A stretch of DNA of 64,000 bases from assembly GCA_034667725.1 (NCBI GenBank), contig JAXDQS010000010.1:96001-160000 (forward strand), read 5' to 3'. Within the stretch, counting starts at the first letter, position 1. The number at the start of each line of letters is the position of its first letter. The position numbers and the translations under genes are program-made. Positions 55,040 through 64,000 of this stretch are shown one piece after another. Source of the DNA: Thermoplasmata archaeon. Lineage in GTDB: Archaea; Thermoplasmatota; E2; JACPAO01; JAHFTW01. The notes beneath the pieces were generated by a model. It saw only the letters and a list, made by a program, of their open reading frames with translations, was not told the origin of the DNA and did not search any database.

Positions 55040-55462
55040 ATGCGTGCCCTCCTGGCCCTCGCCGCCTGCGCCATGCTGCTCGCGGGCTGCACCGGCGACA
55101 ACTCCAGCGTCAGCAGCGTCCCCGGCGCCTTCAGCTACGGCGGCCAGGTCTCCGGCAAGGACGGCATGGAGAGCCACGTCTGGCAGAACGACGCCCAGAA
55201 GGCCTACGCAAGCTGGGGCGGCCAGGTCAAGTCCGGCTCGTTCACCTTGATCGTCAAGGACAGCGGCGCCCGCGAAGTGCTGCACGAGACCTTCCACATG
55301 GGCAACGAAGGCCGCACCCTTGCCACCGCCACCGGCGCGCCGGGCGCCTGGACGGTCGTGTTCATCTTCGACGACGCCACCGCCAACATGGGCCTCACGC
55401 TCACCTCCGGCGCCGGCCCCGGCGGCACCGCCCCGCCCACCGGCTGGGGAGGCCTCGCATGA
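55040..55462 (+). CDS. Small lipoprotein (paralog 2)
   Basis: LLAGC; VKDSGA...GAPGAW. Confidence 0.65.
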   Translation: MRALLALAACAMLLAGCTGDNSSVSSVPGAFSYGGQVSGKDGMESHVWQNDAQKAYASWGGQVKSGSFTLIVKDSGAREVLHETFHMGNEGRTLATATGAPGAWTVVFIFDDATANMGLTLTSGAGPGGTAPPTGWGGLA

Positions 55463-55797
55463 TCCGCGCCCTCGTCCCCATCGTCGCGGCCCTGCTCCTG
55501 GCCGGCTGCGTCGGCGGCAACGCCATCACCATCAGCGGCCAAGGCTTCACCCAAGGCGACCAGAGCCGCACCCTCGCCTGCGGCACGGCCGCCACCGTCG
55601 CCTTCGGCATCCAGGGCGCCGGCTCGCTCCAGGTCCGCGTCCTCGACGGCGCCGGCCACGAGGTGTTCGAGCAGGCCGTCGCGTTCGGGCAGGACGGCGG
55701 CATCGAGTCGCTGAAGGGCCAGGAAGGCACCTGGAAGCTCGTCGTCGCCACCCCCGCCATGTACGGCGGCCAGTACAGCATCACCCTCACCTGCTGA
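55459..55797 (+). CDS. Small lipoprotein (paralog 3)
   Basis: LLAGC; VLDGAG...GQEGTW; ends YSITLTC like paralog 1 (YSLELDC). Confidence 0.65.
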   Translation: MIRALVPIVAALLLAGCVGGNAITISGQGFTQGDQSRTLACGTAATVAFGIQGAGSLQVRVLDGAGHEVFEQAVAFGQDGGIESLKGQEGTWKLVVATPAMYGGQYSITLTC

Positions 55798-55845
55798 CGC
55801 CCCCCTCTGGGGAAGGCTGAAGCGCCCCCCCTTCCTGGACACGGC

Positions 55846-56922
55846 GTGGCCGACCTGGTCCGCCTGGCCTACTACCCGTTCCTCCCGGAGGGACGGGCGG
55901 CAGTGCGGGAAGCAGGCATCGACACGGCCGACGTCCTTGCCAGCCCGCTCTTTGGCGGCGCCCGCCACCGCGCCCTCCAGCGCATCGAGGGCAGCCTGAA
56001 GGACGGCTTCCCCCCCGCCGAGGTGCTGGACGAGCGCGCCGCCCTGCTGGAGCTGCTGTCGGTCCCGGTGGCGCGGATGCTCGCCGTCCACCTCAACGAA
56101 CGGCAGCTGGTCACGCGCTACGCCCAGGCCGAGGCCCGCAACGCCGAGGCCCGGCTGGCGCGCGACCCGGCCGGCCTGCCGGACGCCATCGCCGCCACCG
56201 GCATCGCCGCCGAGCCCGCCGAAGGCGGCGGCTGGACGATGCACATCTCGGTCTACATTCGGCTGGCGCCCACCACCGACTCCGCTTGGAAACTGCTGTT
56301 GCGCCCCGTGCGCGCCGGCATGGTCGCCGTGACCGACGCCGAGATGGCGCGGCTGGTGCGCGAGGCCCTGGCCCGCCGCATCACCGACGAGCTGGAGGCC
56401 GAGCGCGGCAAGCCCCTGCCCCCGGAGGCGGTGGCGGCGCTGGCCCCGATGGCGGCGGCGCTGGCGCCCAAGCTGGAGGAGGCCCGCGAGTCCTGGAGCA
56501 CCGGCGACTTCGGCCCCGTCCAGCCGCACCTGTTCCCGCCTTGCATCAAGGAGGTGTTCGACGCCTTGCGCCGGAGCGAGAACGTCGCCCACCACGGCCG
56601 GTTCGCGTTCGCCACCTTCCTGCACACCGTCGGCTGGAACGCCGAGCAGATCCTCGACTACCTCTCGTCGACGCCGAACTTCGACCGCGAGAAGTCGCGC
56701 TACCAGATCGAGCACGTCACCGGCGAGAAGTCGGTGCAAGCCTACACGCCGCCGGGGTGCGCCACCATGCAGACCAACGGCGTCTGCCCGCTCGACAAGC
56801 GCGACGGGCTGTGCGCCAAGATCAAGCATCCCCTGTCGTACTACCGGGCGCAACTGCGGTTCCAGCAGCGCGACCTGGAGCGGGCGCAGCAGGCGGCGGC
56901 GCAGGCGGAGGCGAAGGCATGA
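55846..56922 (+). CDS. priL: DNA primase large subunit
   Basis: YPFL, FPPCI, H.GRFA..TFL, YQIEH, YTPPGC...VC...LC Fe-S cysteines. Confidence 0.95.
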   Translation: MADLVRLAYYPFLPEGRAAVREAGIDTADVLASPLFGGARHRALQRIEGSLKDGFPPAEVLDERAALLELLSVPVARMLAVHLNERQLVTRYAQAEARNAEARLARDPAGLPDAIAATGIAAEPAEGGGWTMHISVYIRLAPTTDSAWKLLLRPVRAGMVAVTDAEMARLVREALARRITDELEAERGKPLPPEAVAALAPMAAALAPKLEEARESWSTGDFGPVQPHLFPPCIKEVFDALRRSENVAHHGRFAFATFLHTVGWNAEQILDYLSSTPNFDREKSRYQIEHVTGEKSVQAYTPPGCATMQTNGVCPLDKRDGLCAKIKHPLSYYRAQLRFQQRDLERAQQAAAQAEAKA

Positions 56923-58217
56923 CCGAGGCCGTCGTCGCCGCGCCCAAGCCGCCGCAGCCCACCAGCTTCCCGCCCCCCGTCGCCCGCACCCTCGATTGGC
57001 TCCAGGCGCAATACGGCGAATGGTACGCCCGCAACCCGCCGCCGCTGCCCGACCGCTTCACCCGCCGCGAGTTCGGCTTCATCCTCTGGCCCGAGCGCCC
57101 GGGGCCGCCGCCGTTCATCCGCCACCGCGCCTACGAGAACGCCGACCGCTTCCACCACTACCTCCAGCGGGCGGGGCCGCACTCGGTCTACTACTCGACG
57201 GCCTACTACCGCCGGCCCGGCGAGATGAAGATGGCCGACAAGCAGTGGCTCGGGGCCGAGCTGATCTTCGACCTGGACGCCGACCACTTGGCGGAGGCCG
57301 AGAAGGCCAAGGCGGAAGGCCACGAGATGCCGCTCGGCGAACAGTTGGCGCTGGTCAAGTCGCAGTTCAAGCGCCTGCTGGACGAGTTCCTGTTCGGCGA
57401 CTTCGGGTTGAGCGACAAGGACGTCTGGATCACGTTCTCCGGCGGCCGCGGCTATCACGCCCACGTCGTCGAGGAGCGCCTGATGCAGCTCGACGGCAAG
57501 GGGCGTAGGGAGATCGTGGACTACGTGACGGGGAAGGCGCCGACGGAGCGCGGCAGCGCCAAGCCGGACCTGTCGCTGTTCATCACCGACAAGGCCGTGG
57601 GCGTCGACGGCAAGGGCAAGTTCGCCAAGGTCACGCGCCAGGAGACCATGGCCCCCGCCGACACGCCCGGCTGGCCCGGCCGCCTCACCCGTGCCTTGGT
57701 CGGGACGCTGCGCGCCAACGTGCTGGAGGCCGACCGCGCCGCCGCCAAGAAGTGGCTCACCAGCCTCGACGGCGTCGGCCCCGACGGCGCCACCCGGTTT
57801 CTGGACAAGTTCGGCGCGGACATGCTGGAGCGCATCGCCAACGGCAAGGTGGACCAGGGTCGGGTGGTGCGCGCCATCTGCCACCGCATCCTGGAGCAGC
57901 AGGCCATCCCGATGGCCAAGGGCGAGACCGACGAGCCCGTCACCGCCGACACCAAGCGCCTCATCCGCCTGCCGGGCAGCCTGCACGGCAAGTCCGGCCT
58001 CAAGGTCGTGACCCTCACCCGCGACAGCCTCGACCAGTTCGAGCCACTGCGGGACGCGGTCGCGTTCCCGATGGAGCCGGTGCGCATCGTGCCCCGCAAG
58101 GACCAGGAGGCGACCCTCGGCGGCGAGCGGGTGGCGGTCAAGGGCGGCGAGGCCGTCGAGGTGCCGATGCCGCACGCGGTGTTCTGGCTGGCCCGGCAGG
58201 GCGGCACCATCGCGTGA
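56919..58217 (+). CDS. priS: DNA primase small (catalytic) subunit
   Basis: RREFG, YYSTAYY, ELIFDLDADH, FSGGRGYH, DEPVTADTKRLIRLPGSLHGK. Confidence 0.96.
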   Translation: MTEAVVAAPKPPQPTSFPPPVARTLDWLQAQYGEWYARNPPPLPDRFTRREFGFILWPERPGPPPFIRHRAYENADRFHHYLQRAGPHSVYYSTAYYRRPGEMKMADKQWLGAELIFDLDADHLAEAEKAKAEGHEMPLGEQLALVKSQFKRLLDEFLFGDFGLSDKDVWITFSGGRGYHAHVVEERLMQLDGKGRREIVDYVTGKAPTERGSAKPDLSLFITDKAVGVDGKGKFAKVTRQETMAPADTPGWPGRLTRALVGTLRANVLEADRAAAKKWLTSLDGVGPDGATRFLDKFGADMLERIANGKVDQGRVVRAICHRILEQQAIPMAKGETDEPVTADTKRLIRLPGSLHGKSGLKVVTLTRDSLDQFEPLRDAVAFPMEPVRIVPRKDQEATLGGERVAVKGGEAVEVPMPHAVFWLARQGGTIA

Positions 58218-58278
58218 GGGCCGGGACCGGGGGAAAACGCTGAAGCCACGCCCGCCGATGGCCTCGTGAGGGGACACG

Positions 58279-58866
58279 CTGGCCGGCCGACTCACGCTGG
58301 GGTTGTACAACTGCTACGACCCCAAGCAGTGGCACGAGATCATGCGCATCACCCTCGCGCGGGCCGCCCCCGTCGCCATGGCGTTCGACTGCCGGCTCGC
58401 GACCTTCGGCTTCCCCTTCGAGCAGGCCCGTGCCCGCGGCGCCAAGCGCACCGAGGCGCTGCGGTCGCCGGCCGACGTGGCCGGGTTCGTGGCCGAAGGC
58501 ACCTCGATCGGCGAAGGCGGTCGCTACCTTGCCGCCTTGGTCGAGGAGGGCCGCGTCACCCTCGCCGACTTCCCCAAGGACGGCGTGTTCCCGGCCAAGC
58601 TCGGCCAGCCGTTCGCCACCACGCCTCACCCTGGGCCCGGCAAGGCCACGACGCCGCGCGCCGCCGCCGAGGAGTTGGCCGCCGGCCGCGACGTGCTGTT
58701 GGTCTTCGGGCTTGGCCCGCGCGGCCTGCCTGATGCCGTGCTGGAGGCCGCGCCCCGCCACCTGGAGCTGACCGGCAAGGGCATCGAGATGGAGACCGCC
58801 ACCGCCTTGGCCGCGCTGCCGGCGATGGTGCGCACGCACTTGGGCTACCTGGAGGCGGCGCCGTGA
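58279..58866 (+). CDS. DUF531 family protein (predicted SPOUT-like methyltransferase); probable CTG start
   Basis: LTLGLYNCYD, RAAP, FGLGPRGLP, LELT..GIEMETATA; family-like sequence begins upstream of the ORF-track TTG (58303). Confidence 0.8.
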   Translation: MAGRLTLGLYNCYDPKQWHEIMRITLARAAPVAMAFDCRLATFGFPFEQARARGAKRTEALRSPADVAGFVAEGTSIGEGGRYLAALVEEGRVTLADFPKDGVFPAKLGQPFATTPHPGPGKATTPRAAAEELAAGRDVLLVFGLGPRGLPDAVLEAAPRHLELTGKGIEMETATALAALPAMVRTHLGYLEAAP

Positions 58867-59477
58867 GCGGCCACCTCGGCGAGCGCCGCAACCGTCATGT
58901 CGCGCTCGTGACCGAGGACTTCCGGCTCTACCACCGCCTGGTGCCGTTCCTGGAGTCGTGCGGCCTGCGCATCCTGGGCCTGCGCCCCGCCGACGAGGTG
59001 CCGTCGAGCGTCCAGGTCCTCCTCGGCGGGCCGTTGGAGGATCCGCGCAGCATCGCCATCCGCGACGACGACGAGGCCACCCTGCTTGCCGTCTACACCG
59101 CCATCGACCGCCGGCCCGGCGCCGCCGGCTACCGGCGCGTCGTGTTCGGCGTCGATCCCGGGAAGGTCATCGGCCTCGCGGTGCTGGCCGACGAGGAGTG
59201 CCTGCTGGTGGGCGAGTCCCGCAGCGTCGAGGCCGCCGTCGAGCGCGTCGTGGCCTGGGCCTCCGGCGTCACCGCCACCCGCTGGGAGGTCCACGTCGGC
59301 GACGGCTCCCCGGCGGAGGGCCGCGCGCTGGTGGCCGCGCTGCGGGAGCGCCTGCCGCAGGCCGACGTCCGCCTGGTGCGCGAGCACGACACCACGCCGT
59401 TCTCGCCGGTGTCGGGGTCGCGCCACACCGACGCCGCCTGGCACATCGCGATGCGCCGCCCGGAGGACCGCCCATGA
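58863..59477 (+). CDS. RNase H-fold (YqgF/RuvC-like) domain protein
   Basis: VFGVDPGKVIGLAVL, VGDGS, VREHDTT, HTDAA. Confidence 0.7.
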   Translation: MSGHLGERRNRHVALVTEDFRLYHRLVPFLESCGLRILGLRPADEVPSSVQVLLGGPLEDPRSIAIRDDDEATLLAVYTAIDRRPGAAGYRRVVFGVDPGKVIGLAVLADEECLLVGESRSVEAAVERVVAWASGVTATRWEVHVGDGSPAEGRALVAALRERLPQADVRLVREHDTTPFSPVSGSRHTDAAWHIAMRRPEDRP

Positions 59478-60526
59478 CCGCCACCGCGGCGGACCTGGAG
59501 CAGGTGATGCGCGACATCGAGGCGATTCCCCAGAATCCGCGGCTGGGCCGGGTGCGGCACCTGTTCCACCGCGCCCAGCGGGTGGCGGACTTCGCATCGC
59601 ACATCAAGTTCGACATGGCCCGCGCCCTGGCCCGCATCAACCCGTACCCCAAGCCGTGGCGCCACGTCACGTTCCGCAGCGAGGACGGCGTCCAGCTCGC
59701 GGCATGGCTCGGCCCGCAGCACCGCACCTCCCCGAGCCCGTGGGGCCTGGTCCTCGTGCCAGGCATGTTCGCCTCCAAGGACGACACCTTCCACAAGCGG
59801 CAGGCCATCCACATCCACCGCCACTGGCGCGTGCCCGTCATGTCGATCGACCTGCGCGCCTTCGGCGAGTCCACCGGCATCGCCACCGCCGGCTGGAAGG
59901 AGGCGCTCGACGTCCACGGCGCCGCCCGCTACCTCATGCAGGAGACCGGCGTCAAGCGCGTCGCCGTGCTGTCCGAGTCGATGGGCGGCGCCGCGGCGCT
60001 CAACGCGCTCGCGCACGACTCCCAGAGCGGCGCCAACATCCTGGGCGGCGGCGTGCTCTGCTTCAGCGCCTTCGTGGACGCCCAGGACGCGGTGCTGCAC
60101 ATCAGCGAGAAGCCGCCGCGCGGCAGCCCGTTCTCGGCGGCCTGGGCCGGCTTCCGGCGGCTGCTCCTGATCAAGTCCGGCGGCGCCTACGCCCGCTTCG
60201 ACGAATACATGGTGGACGCCGCCAAGGTCAACGGCCTCCGGAACGTCCAGGAGCTCTACGACCTGGCGAACCCGAAGTGGAAGGTGCCGATGATGCGCCA
60301 GCCCCTGCTGGTGGTCCACGCCGTCGACGACCCGGTGGTGCCCATCCGGCACGCCCGCCGCATGGAGCGGTACGCCGAAGGGATGCCGAACGTGCAGATC
60401 CTCGTCACCCCGTGGGGGGGCCACACCCAGTTCGAGCTGATGGATGCTCACTGGTACTGGGAGGTGGCCCGCCGCTGGTTCGGCGCGGTCAACGGCGTGG
60501 ACCTGCCCAACCTGGCAGACGCATGA
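59474..60526 (+). CDS. Alpha/beta hydrolase
   Basis: DLRAFGES, ESMGG nucleophile, HAVDDPVVP, GGH. Confidence 0.85.
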   Translation: MTATAADLEQVMRDIEAIPQNPRLGRVRHLFHRAQRVADFASHIKFDMARALARINPYPKPWRHVTFRSEDGVQLAAWLGPQHRTSPSPWGLVLVPGMFASKDDTFHKRQAIHIHRHWRVPVMSIDLRAFGESTGIATAGWKEALDVHGAARYLMQETGVKRVAVLSESMGGAAALNALAHDSQSGANILGGGVLCFSAFVDAQDAVLHISEKPPRGSPFSAAWAGFRRLLLIKSGGAYARFDEYMVDAAKVNGLRNVQELYDLANPKWKVPMMRQPLLVVHAVDDPVVPIRHARRMERYAEGMPNVQILVTPWGGHTQFELMDAHWYWEVARRWFGAVNGVDLPNLADA

Positions 60527-60653
60527 TCGTGCTCGTATTAGCCAAAAAGGCTTGATGGGGAGGGAGATTGGCCGGCCTTGTCCAAAGGCACCGGCTTTGC
60601 CGGTGAACCTGCAGACAGACCACCGACCAACCTTTTCCCCCTTCCCCCTCCTT

Positions 60654-61475
60654 TTAGACGTTCGGGCAAGCCCAGTTCGAGTACGCCGACGGGGCCATGG
60701 AGACGTAGGTGCCCGCGCTCTGCCAGCCCGGCTGGTTGAGCAGGCTCGGGTGCGCGTACACCGCGGACAGCGCCTTGATGTTGAGCGTGCTCACGCAGAA
60801 CACATGGGACGCGTCGTACTGGTAGCTCATGATGTCCTTCATCGGGACGCGCTTGGCGTCGAAGTCCAAGGCGTCGCCGACGTGGCCGATGCCGAGGCAG
60901 TGACCGAACTCGTGGGCCACCAGGTCGTACATCTGGCGCGAGCCGCCCAGCAGGAAGTTGGTGTTGATGGCCAGGCACATGAAGCCGCCCTGGGTGCACT
61001 GCACCTGCGCCGAGACAAAGCTCGAGCCGGGGTGCTGGTGGGTCGGGCCGGTGGCGCGGCACAGGCCGAACGGCGTCTGCAGGCCGATGCCGAACAGCAG
61101 CACCGGGTCATGCTCCGAGACCAGGACCACGATCTCCGGGTCCGTCAGCGCCTCGTTGGTCGGGACGTCCACGCCCAGCGTGTAGGTGCGCAGGTCAAGG
61201 TTCGAGGTCATCCAGGCCGGGCCGAGCGCCTGGATGCCGTTCTCCCAGCCGTCCACCGCCTTGCGGACGGTGGTGAGGTCGCTGAGCACGAAGGGGCTGG
61301 CCGACGGCACGATGAGCACATCGATCTTGTAGGTGTCCTCGTTGTACAGGATGTACTCGTGGTAGTTCTCGTCCCAGAACTCGCAGCCCGGGGCGGCGGT
61401 GCAGATTTCGCCGTCGGAGACGGGAGTCAGGGCAAGCGTCAGCAACATCGCGGCGGCTGCGGCAGCAGTTCGCAT
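60654..61475 (-). CDS. Secreted metzincin zinc metalloprotease
   Basis: HEFGHCLGIGH plus Met-turn DIMSY; signal peptide. Confidence 0.85.
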   Translation of the reverse strand: MRTAAAAAAMLLTLALTPVSDGEICTAAPGCEFWDENYHEYILYNEDTYKIDVLIVPSASPFVLSDLTTVRKAVDGWENGIQALGPAWMTSNLDLRTYTLGVDVPTNEALTDPEIVVLVSEHDPVLLFGIGLQTPFGLCRATGPTHQHPGSSFVSAQVQCTQGGFMCLAINTNFLLGGSRQMYDLVAHEFGHCLGIGHVGDALDFDAKRVPMKDIMSYQYDASHVFCVSTLNIKALSAVYAHPSLLNQPGWQSAGTYVSMAPSAYSNWACPNV

Positions 61476-61525
61476 GTGGCGCGCAACAGGAGGTCTATGG
61501 ATAGCCGTTTTGGCTGATCGGGACA

Positions 61526-63028
61526 CTAGGGGGAAACATCGGCAAATCGGGAACGCAGCGAGGCGGCGAAGGCAAGGGCGAGCAAGACGAGCGCCATGGC
61601 GGGGGCCGGGGCCTGGACGTCCACCTCTTCAAGGGAGGGGGCCGAGACGGGGTCTGGAGGGCTCTGGGGTACGAGGTGTACGTCCAGTCGGGCCATGACT
61701 GGGTCGAAGGTCCCCTCTGCTGAGGCAATCCCGGCGTACGCCGCTTGGTAGCGGAAGGGACCGAGGGCCTTGGGCTCGTCTTGCTCGTGGCCCACGGTGT
61801 TGAAAGCCACCTGGACAGACCCGCTAGGCCCCGACGTTCCGTTGAACACGATGTTTCCGTTGAGGTCGCTAATTTTGAGGTCCGCGCCCTCTGCTGGAGC
61901 ATCCCCGTCCCAGAGCCGGACCATCGCGTAAGCAATCCAGGCGACGGGGACGCCGCCATTGGGCGGGGCCGTATAGGTACCGTTCTCCCAGCCCTCGAGA
62001 CGGCCGCTGACAAGCTGGATGCCGCTGCCGCCATTGCCCAGAATGGTGGCATCCAGTACGCGCACGGTCCCCGCTTGCCCGGTGACACCATTGCCGCGGT
62101 GGCCACGGATTGTGACCCCTTCCAGGGTGACATCTGCCCCTGCCATGATGTCCAAGCCGTCCTTCCCGGCGTCCAGGCCGTCGAAGGTGACGTTACGCAA
62201 GACCAGGCGAATCGCGCCTTCGGCATGCAAGCCATGGTTGGCGTAGCCGAAGACGTGCGTGTCCGTCAAAGAGGCCGTCCCGCCGTTGAGGAACATGGCG
62301 CTCGATCCACCGCGGAGCCGCATCCGGGCTGCTTCCAGGTTGCAGGAGTTCGTCTGGATGTGGCCGCCTTGGCCTTCCAAATCTGCATCTGCCACGGCAA
62401 GGCGGCATGGGTGGGCGCCGCCGCGGCCAAAGAGCGCGATGCCTACATCGGAGATTTTGATGCTGCGCAGGGTGGTGTTGCCGTACGAGACGATACCGAA
62501 GGCCCCGGTGCCGTGAATCAATCCGTCCGTCATCTGGAGCGTGGATTCCCGGCCGGTGACGATCCCCACGACGGAGTCGCGTAGCTCGAATCCGTCGAGC
62601 ACGGCCGTGCCATTGATGCGAAGCCCGCCGCGGTCCTGGCCGGCCGCTACGGACCACCCGTCCTGCGGCCCGTCCAGTCCCTCGATGAGGCTTCGAGGCA
62701 GGCCGGAGGTCTCCATGGCGCCTTCGATTGTTATGTAGAACCGGAGAGCGGCAGGCCGGATGATTGCTGCACGGCCTCCCAGCGGGGCCATCTCGAGTCG
62801 GCCGCCTTCCTCGACGACCAAGGCTTCGCCGACCTGGAGGGTCGAGCCCGCGAGCCGGAGGGTCGCGCCCGCAGCCACGCGGACCGTGCCCGGCACAGTC
62901 TTGTCGGCTTGGCGCAGCTCGGTGTCTTGTGCGACGGTCCAGTCGCCGACGCCTTCAGCGGCGGCCGGGGCATGCGGCAGGGACGCAAGAACGAGGAGAA
63001 TGCAAATGACCGGAAGGGAAGGGCGCAT
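61526..63028 (-). CDS. Secreted right-handed beta-helix protein with Ig-like domain and C-terminal anchor
   Basis: Signal peptide, parallel beta-helix-like repeats (GNGGSGIQL), EGADLKI...GTSGPSG domain, APAP-TM-RSR tail. Confidence 0.7.
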   Translation of the reverse strand: MRPSLPVICILLVLASLPHAPAAAEGVGDWTVAQDTELRQADKTVPGTVRVAAGATLRLAGSTLQVGEALVVEEGGRLEMAPLGGRAAIIRPAALRFYITIEGAMETSGLPRSLIEGLDGPQDGWSVAAGQDRGGLRINGTAVLDGFELRDSVVGIVTGRESTLQMTDGLIHGTGAFGIVSYGNTTLRSIKISDVGIALFGRGGAHPCRLAVADADLEGQGGHIQTNSCNLEAARMRLRGGSSAMFLNGGTASLTDTHVFGYANHGLHAEGAIRLVLRNVTFDGLDAGKDGLDIMAGADVTLEGVTIRGHRGNGVTGQAGTVRVLDATILGNGGSGIQLVSGRLEGWENGTYTAPPNGGVPVAWIAYAMVRLWDGDAPAEGADLKISDLNGNIVFNGTSGPSGSVQVAFNTVGHEQDEPKALGPFRYQAAYAGIASAEGTFDPVMARLDVHLVPQSPPDPVSAPSLEEVDVQAPAPAMALVLLALAFAASLRSRFADVSP

Positions 63029-63100
63029 TGGATTTCCATCCTTTGGAAAGCGTTGAGATGAACGGACAGGAGGAGGGGAAAAGGGGTTTGAGACAACGCC

Positions 63101-63952
63101 TCAGAGGGTGCTCGTAAGGCGCACGCCGACCGGGCCGCCACCGTTGGGGCCGTTCGGGTCGCTGGCGCCGCAGGGCTGGTCCATCTCGAGCAGCGGCACG
63201 AAATTCACATTGAGCGCCGTGGGCTGCGTCGCAGCGGACCCGACAAGCACGCCCGTCGGTGCAGGCAGCAACGGGTGCGGATTGACGGTCAGCAGGTTGG
63301 TGAGGACCAGGGCGGGCAAGTTCGGGATTGTGACGACGAGCAGCGAGTCCACCACGGAGACCACCAGGTCGGGGAACGCGGCAACGTGACCGTTGCCGCC
63401 TGCCACGCCGACATCCCAGGTCATCCAGGCGTAAGCCTCGTCGTACACGAACGACTGCTCCGCGAAGATGAAGCAGCTGAACATGCCGAGCTCGGCGAGA
63501 TAAGCCCAACCGGTCTCCGTGCAGGGTGCGGGAGAGCTGGTCAGCTCGTTGCAGAGGTCGAACTCGGTCCAGGTCTTCGCGGCGGGCTGGGCCACAGGCA
63601 GGGCCACGCCGCTCACATCACTGAGGGCGTTGCGGCCGCTGTAGCACAGGCCGCCCACACCCGGCACGTTGTAGAACTCCAGCACACCAGGGGTGCTGAG
63701 GCCAGGGTTCACGGGATCGGTGGGGCTCGTGCTCTCGCACAGCAGCAGCGCCGGGTTCGCCAGGACGAAGTCGTTGGCATTGAGGGCAAGGGGTCCGCTC
63801 ACGGGCGTGTAGGGCACCGCCGCCGGCGGGATCGCGACTCCTAGGCCCGCGGTTCCTAGGACCGGTGGAGCGACGACGATGTGGTACCCGGAGGCCGGGA
63901 GGGCAAGCATGAGGGCCGCGAGCATCGCGGCGGGAATGTAGTTCTTGTTCAT
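63101..63952 (-). CDS. Secreted hypothetical protein
   Basis: Signal peptide (ALPASG), Cys pairs; GGTG SD-like motif upstream. Confidence 0.65.
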   Translation of the reverse strand: MNKNYIPAAMLAALMLALPASGYHIVVAPPVLGTAGLGVAIPPAAVPYTPVSGPLALNANDFVLANPALLLCESTSPTDPVNPGLSTPGVLEFYNVPGVGGLCYSGRNALSDVSGVALPVAQPAAKTWTEFDLCNELTSSPAPCTETGWAYLAELGMFSCFIFAEQSFVYDEAYAWMTWDVGVAGGNGHVAAFPDLVVSVVDSLLVVTIPNLPALVLTNLLTVNPHPLLPAPTGVLVGSAATQPTALNVNFVPLLEMDQPCGASDPNGPNGGGPVGVRLTSTL

Positions 63953-64000
63953 GGGAAATCCACCTTGTTCAGAGGATGCCGACCGGCCCGACAGGGGTGC

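Noticed and set aside
58863-59477. RNase H-fold ORF as the transposase mobilising the repeats
   Set aside because: It is short, operonic with DUF531 and a hydrolase, not flanked by repeats, and resembles a YqgF-like housekeeping family.
59965-59990. SESMGG instead of GxSxG in the hydrolase as a sign of inactivation
   Set aside because: The Ser-Asp-His triad motifs are all present, and small-residue substitution at the first Gly is common.

Overview
This is a 64 kb, very GC-rich, gene-dense archaeal chromosome segment. Archaeal markers are top6A/top6B, rpl44e, rps27e, eIF2-alpha, nop10, eIF5A, prefoldin beta, TFS, PCNA, priL/priS and an archaeal-type AspRS. The gene repertoire (many LAGC lipoproteins, HTH_10 regulator, A1-type heme-copper oxidase, PQQ sugar dehydrogenase, secreted peptidases) suggests an aerobic heterotrophic Thermoplasmatota/Euryarchaeota-type lineage; this assignment is inference. 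I see no rRNA, tRNA, CRISPR array, transposase or integrase. The most striking content is non-coding. (A) Six dispersed, strictly intergenic tandem arrays of a ~118-bp, AT-richer, triple-hairpin unit (~20 core copies in total). They occur in both orientations, share a conserved terminus, and share unit variants between arrays, resembling an archaeal BIME/REPIN/NIME-like system. (B) Three copies of a ~126-bp GC-rich element whose hairpins carry GNA/GNNA loops on one strand, plus a related structured insert bracketed by a perfect 33-bp duplication. Notable proteins include a cytochrome oxidase subunit II fused to extra cupredoxin domains ending in a type-1 copper site, a secreted CxxCH protein fused to a di-heme ferric-reductase membrane domain, a Cys/His-repeat lipoprotein splitting the rpl44e-rps27e-eif2a-nop10 cluster, and a probable CTG-initiated DUF531 gene. 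Start codons were refined by eye from the ORF track, and all annotations are by motif recognition, not database search.
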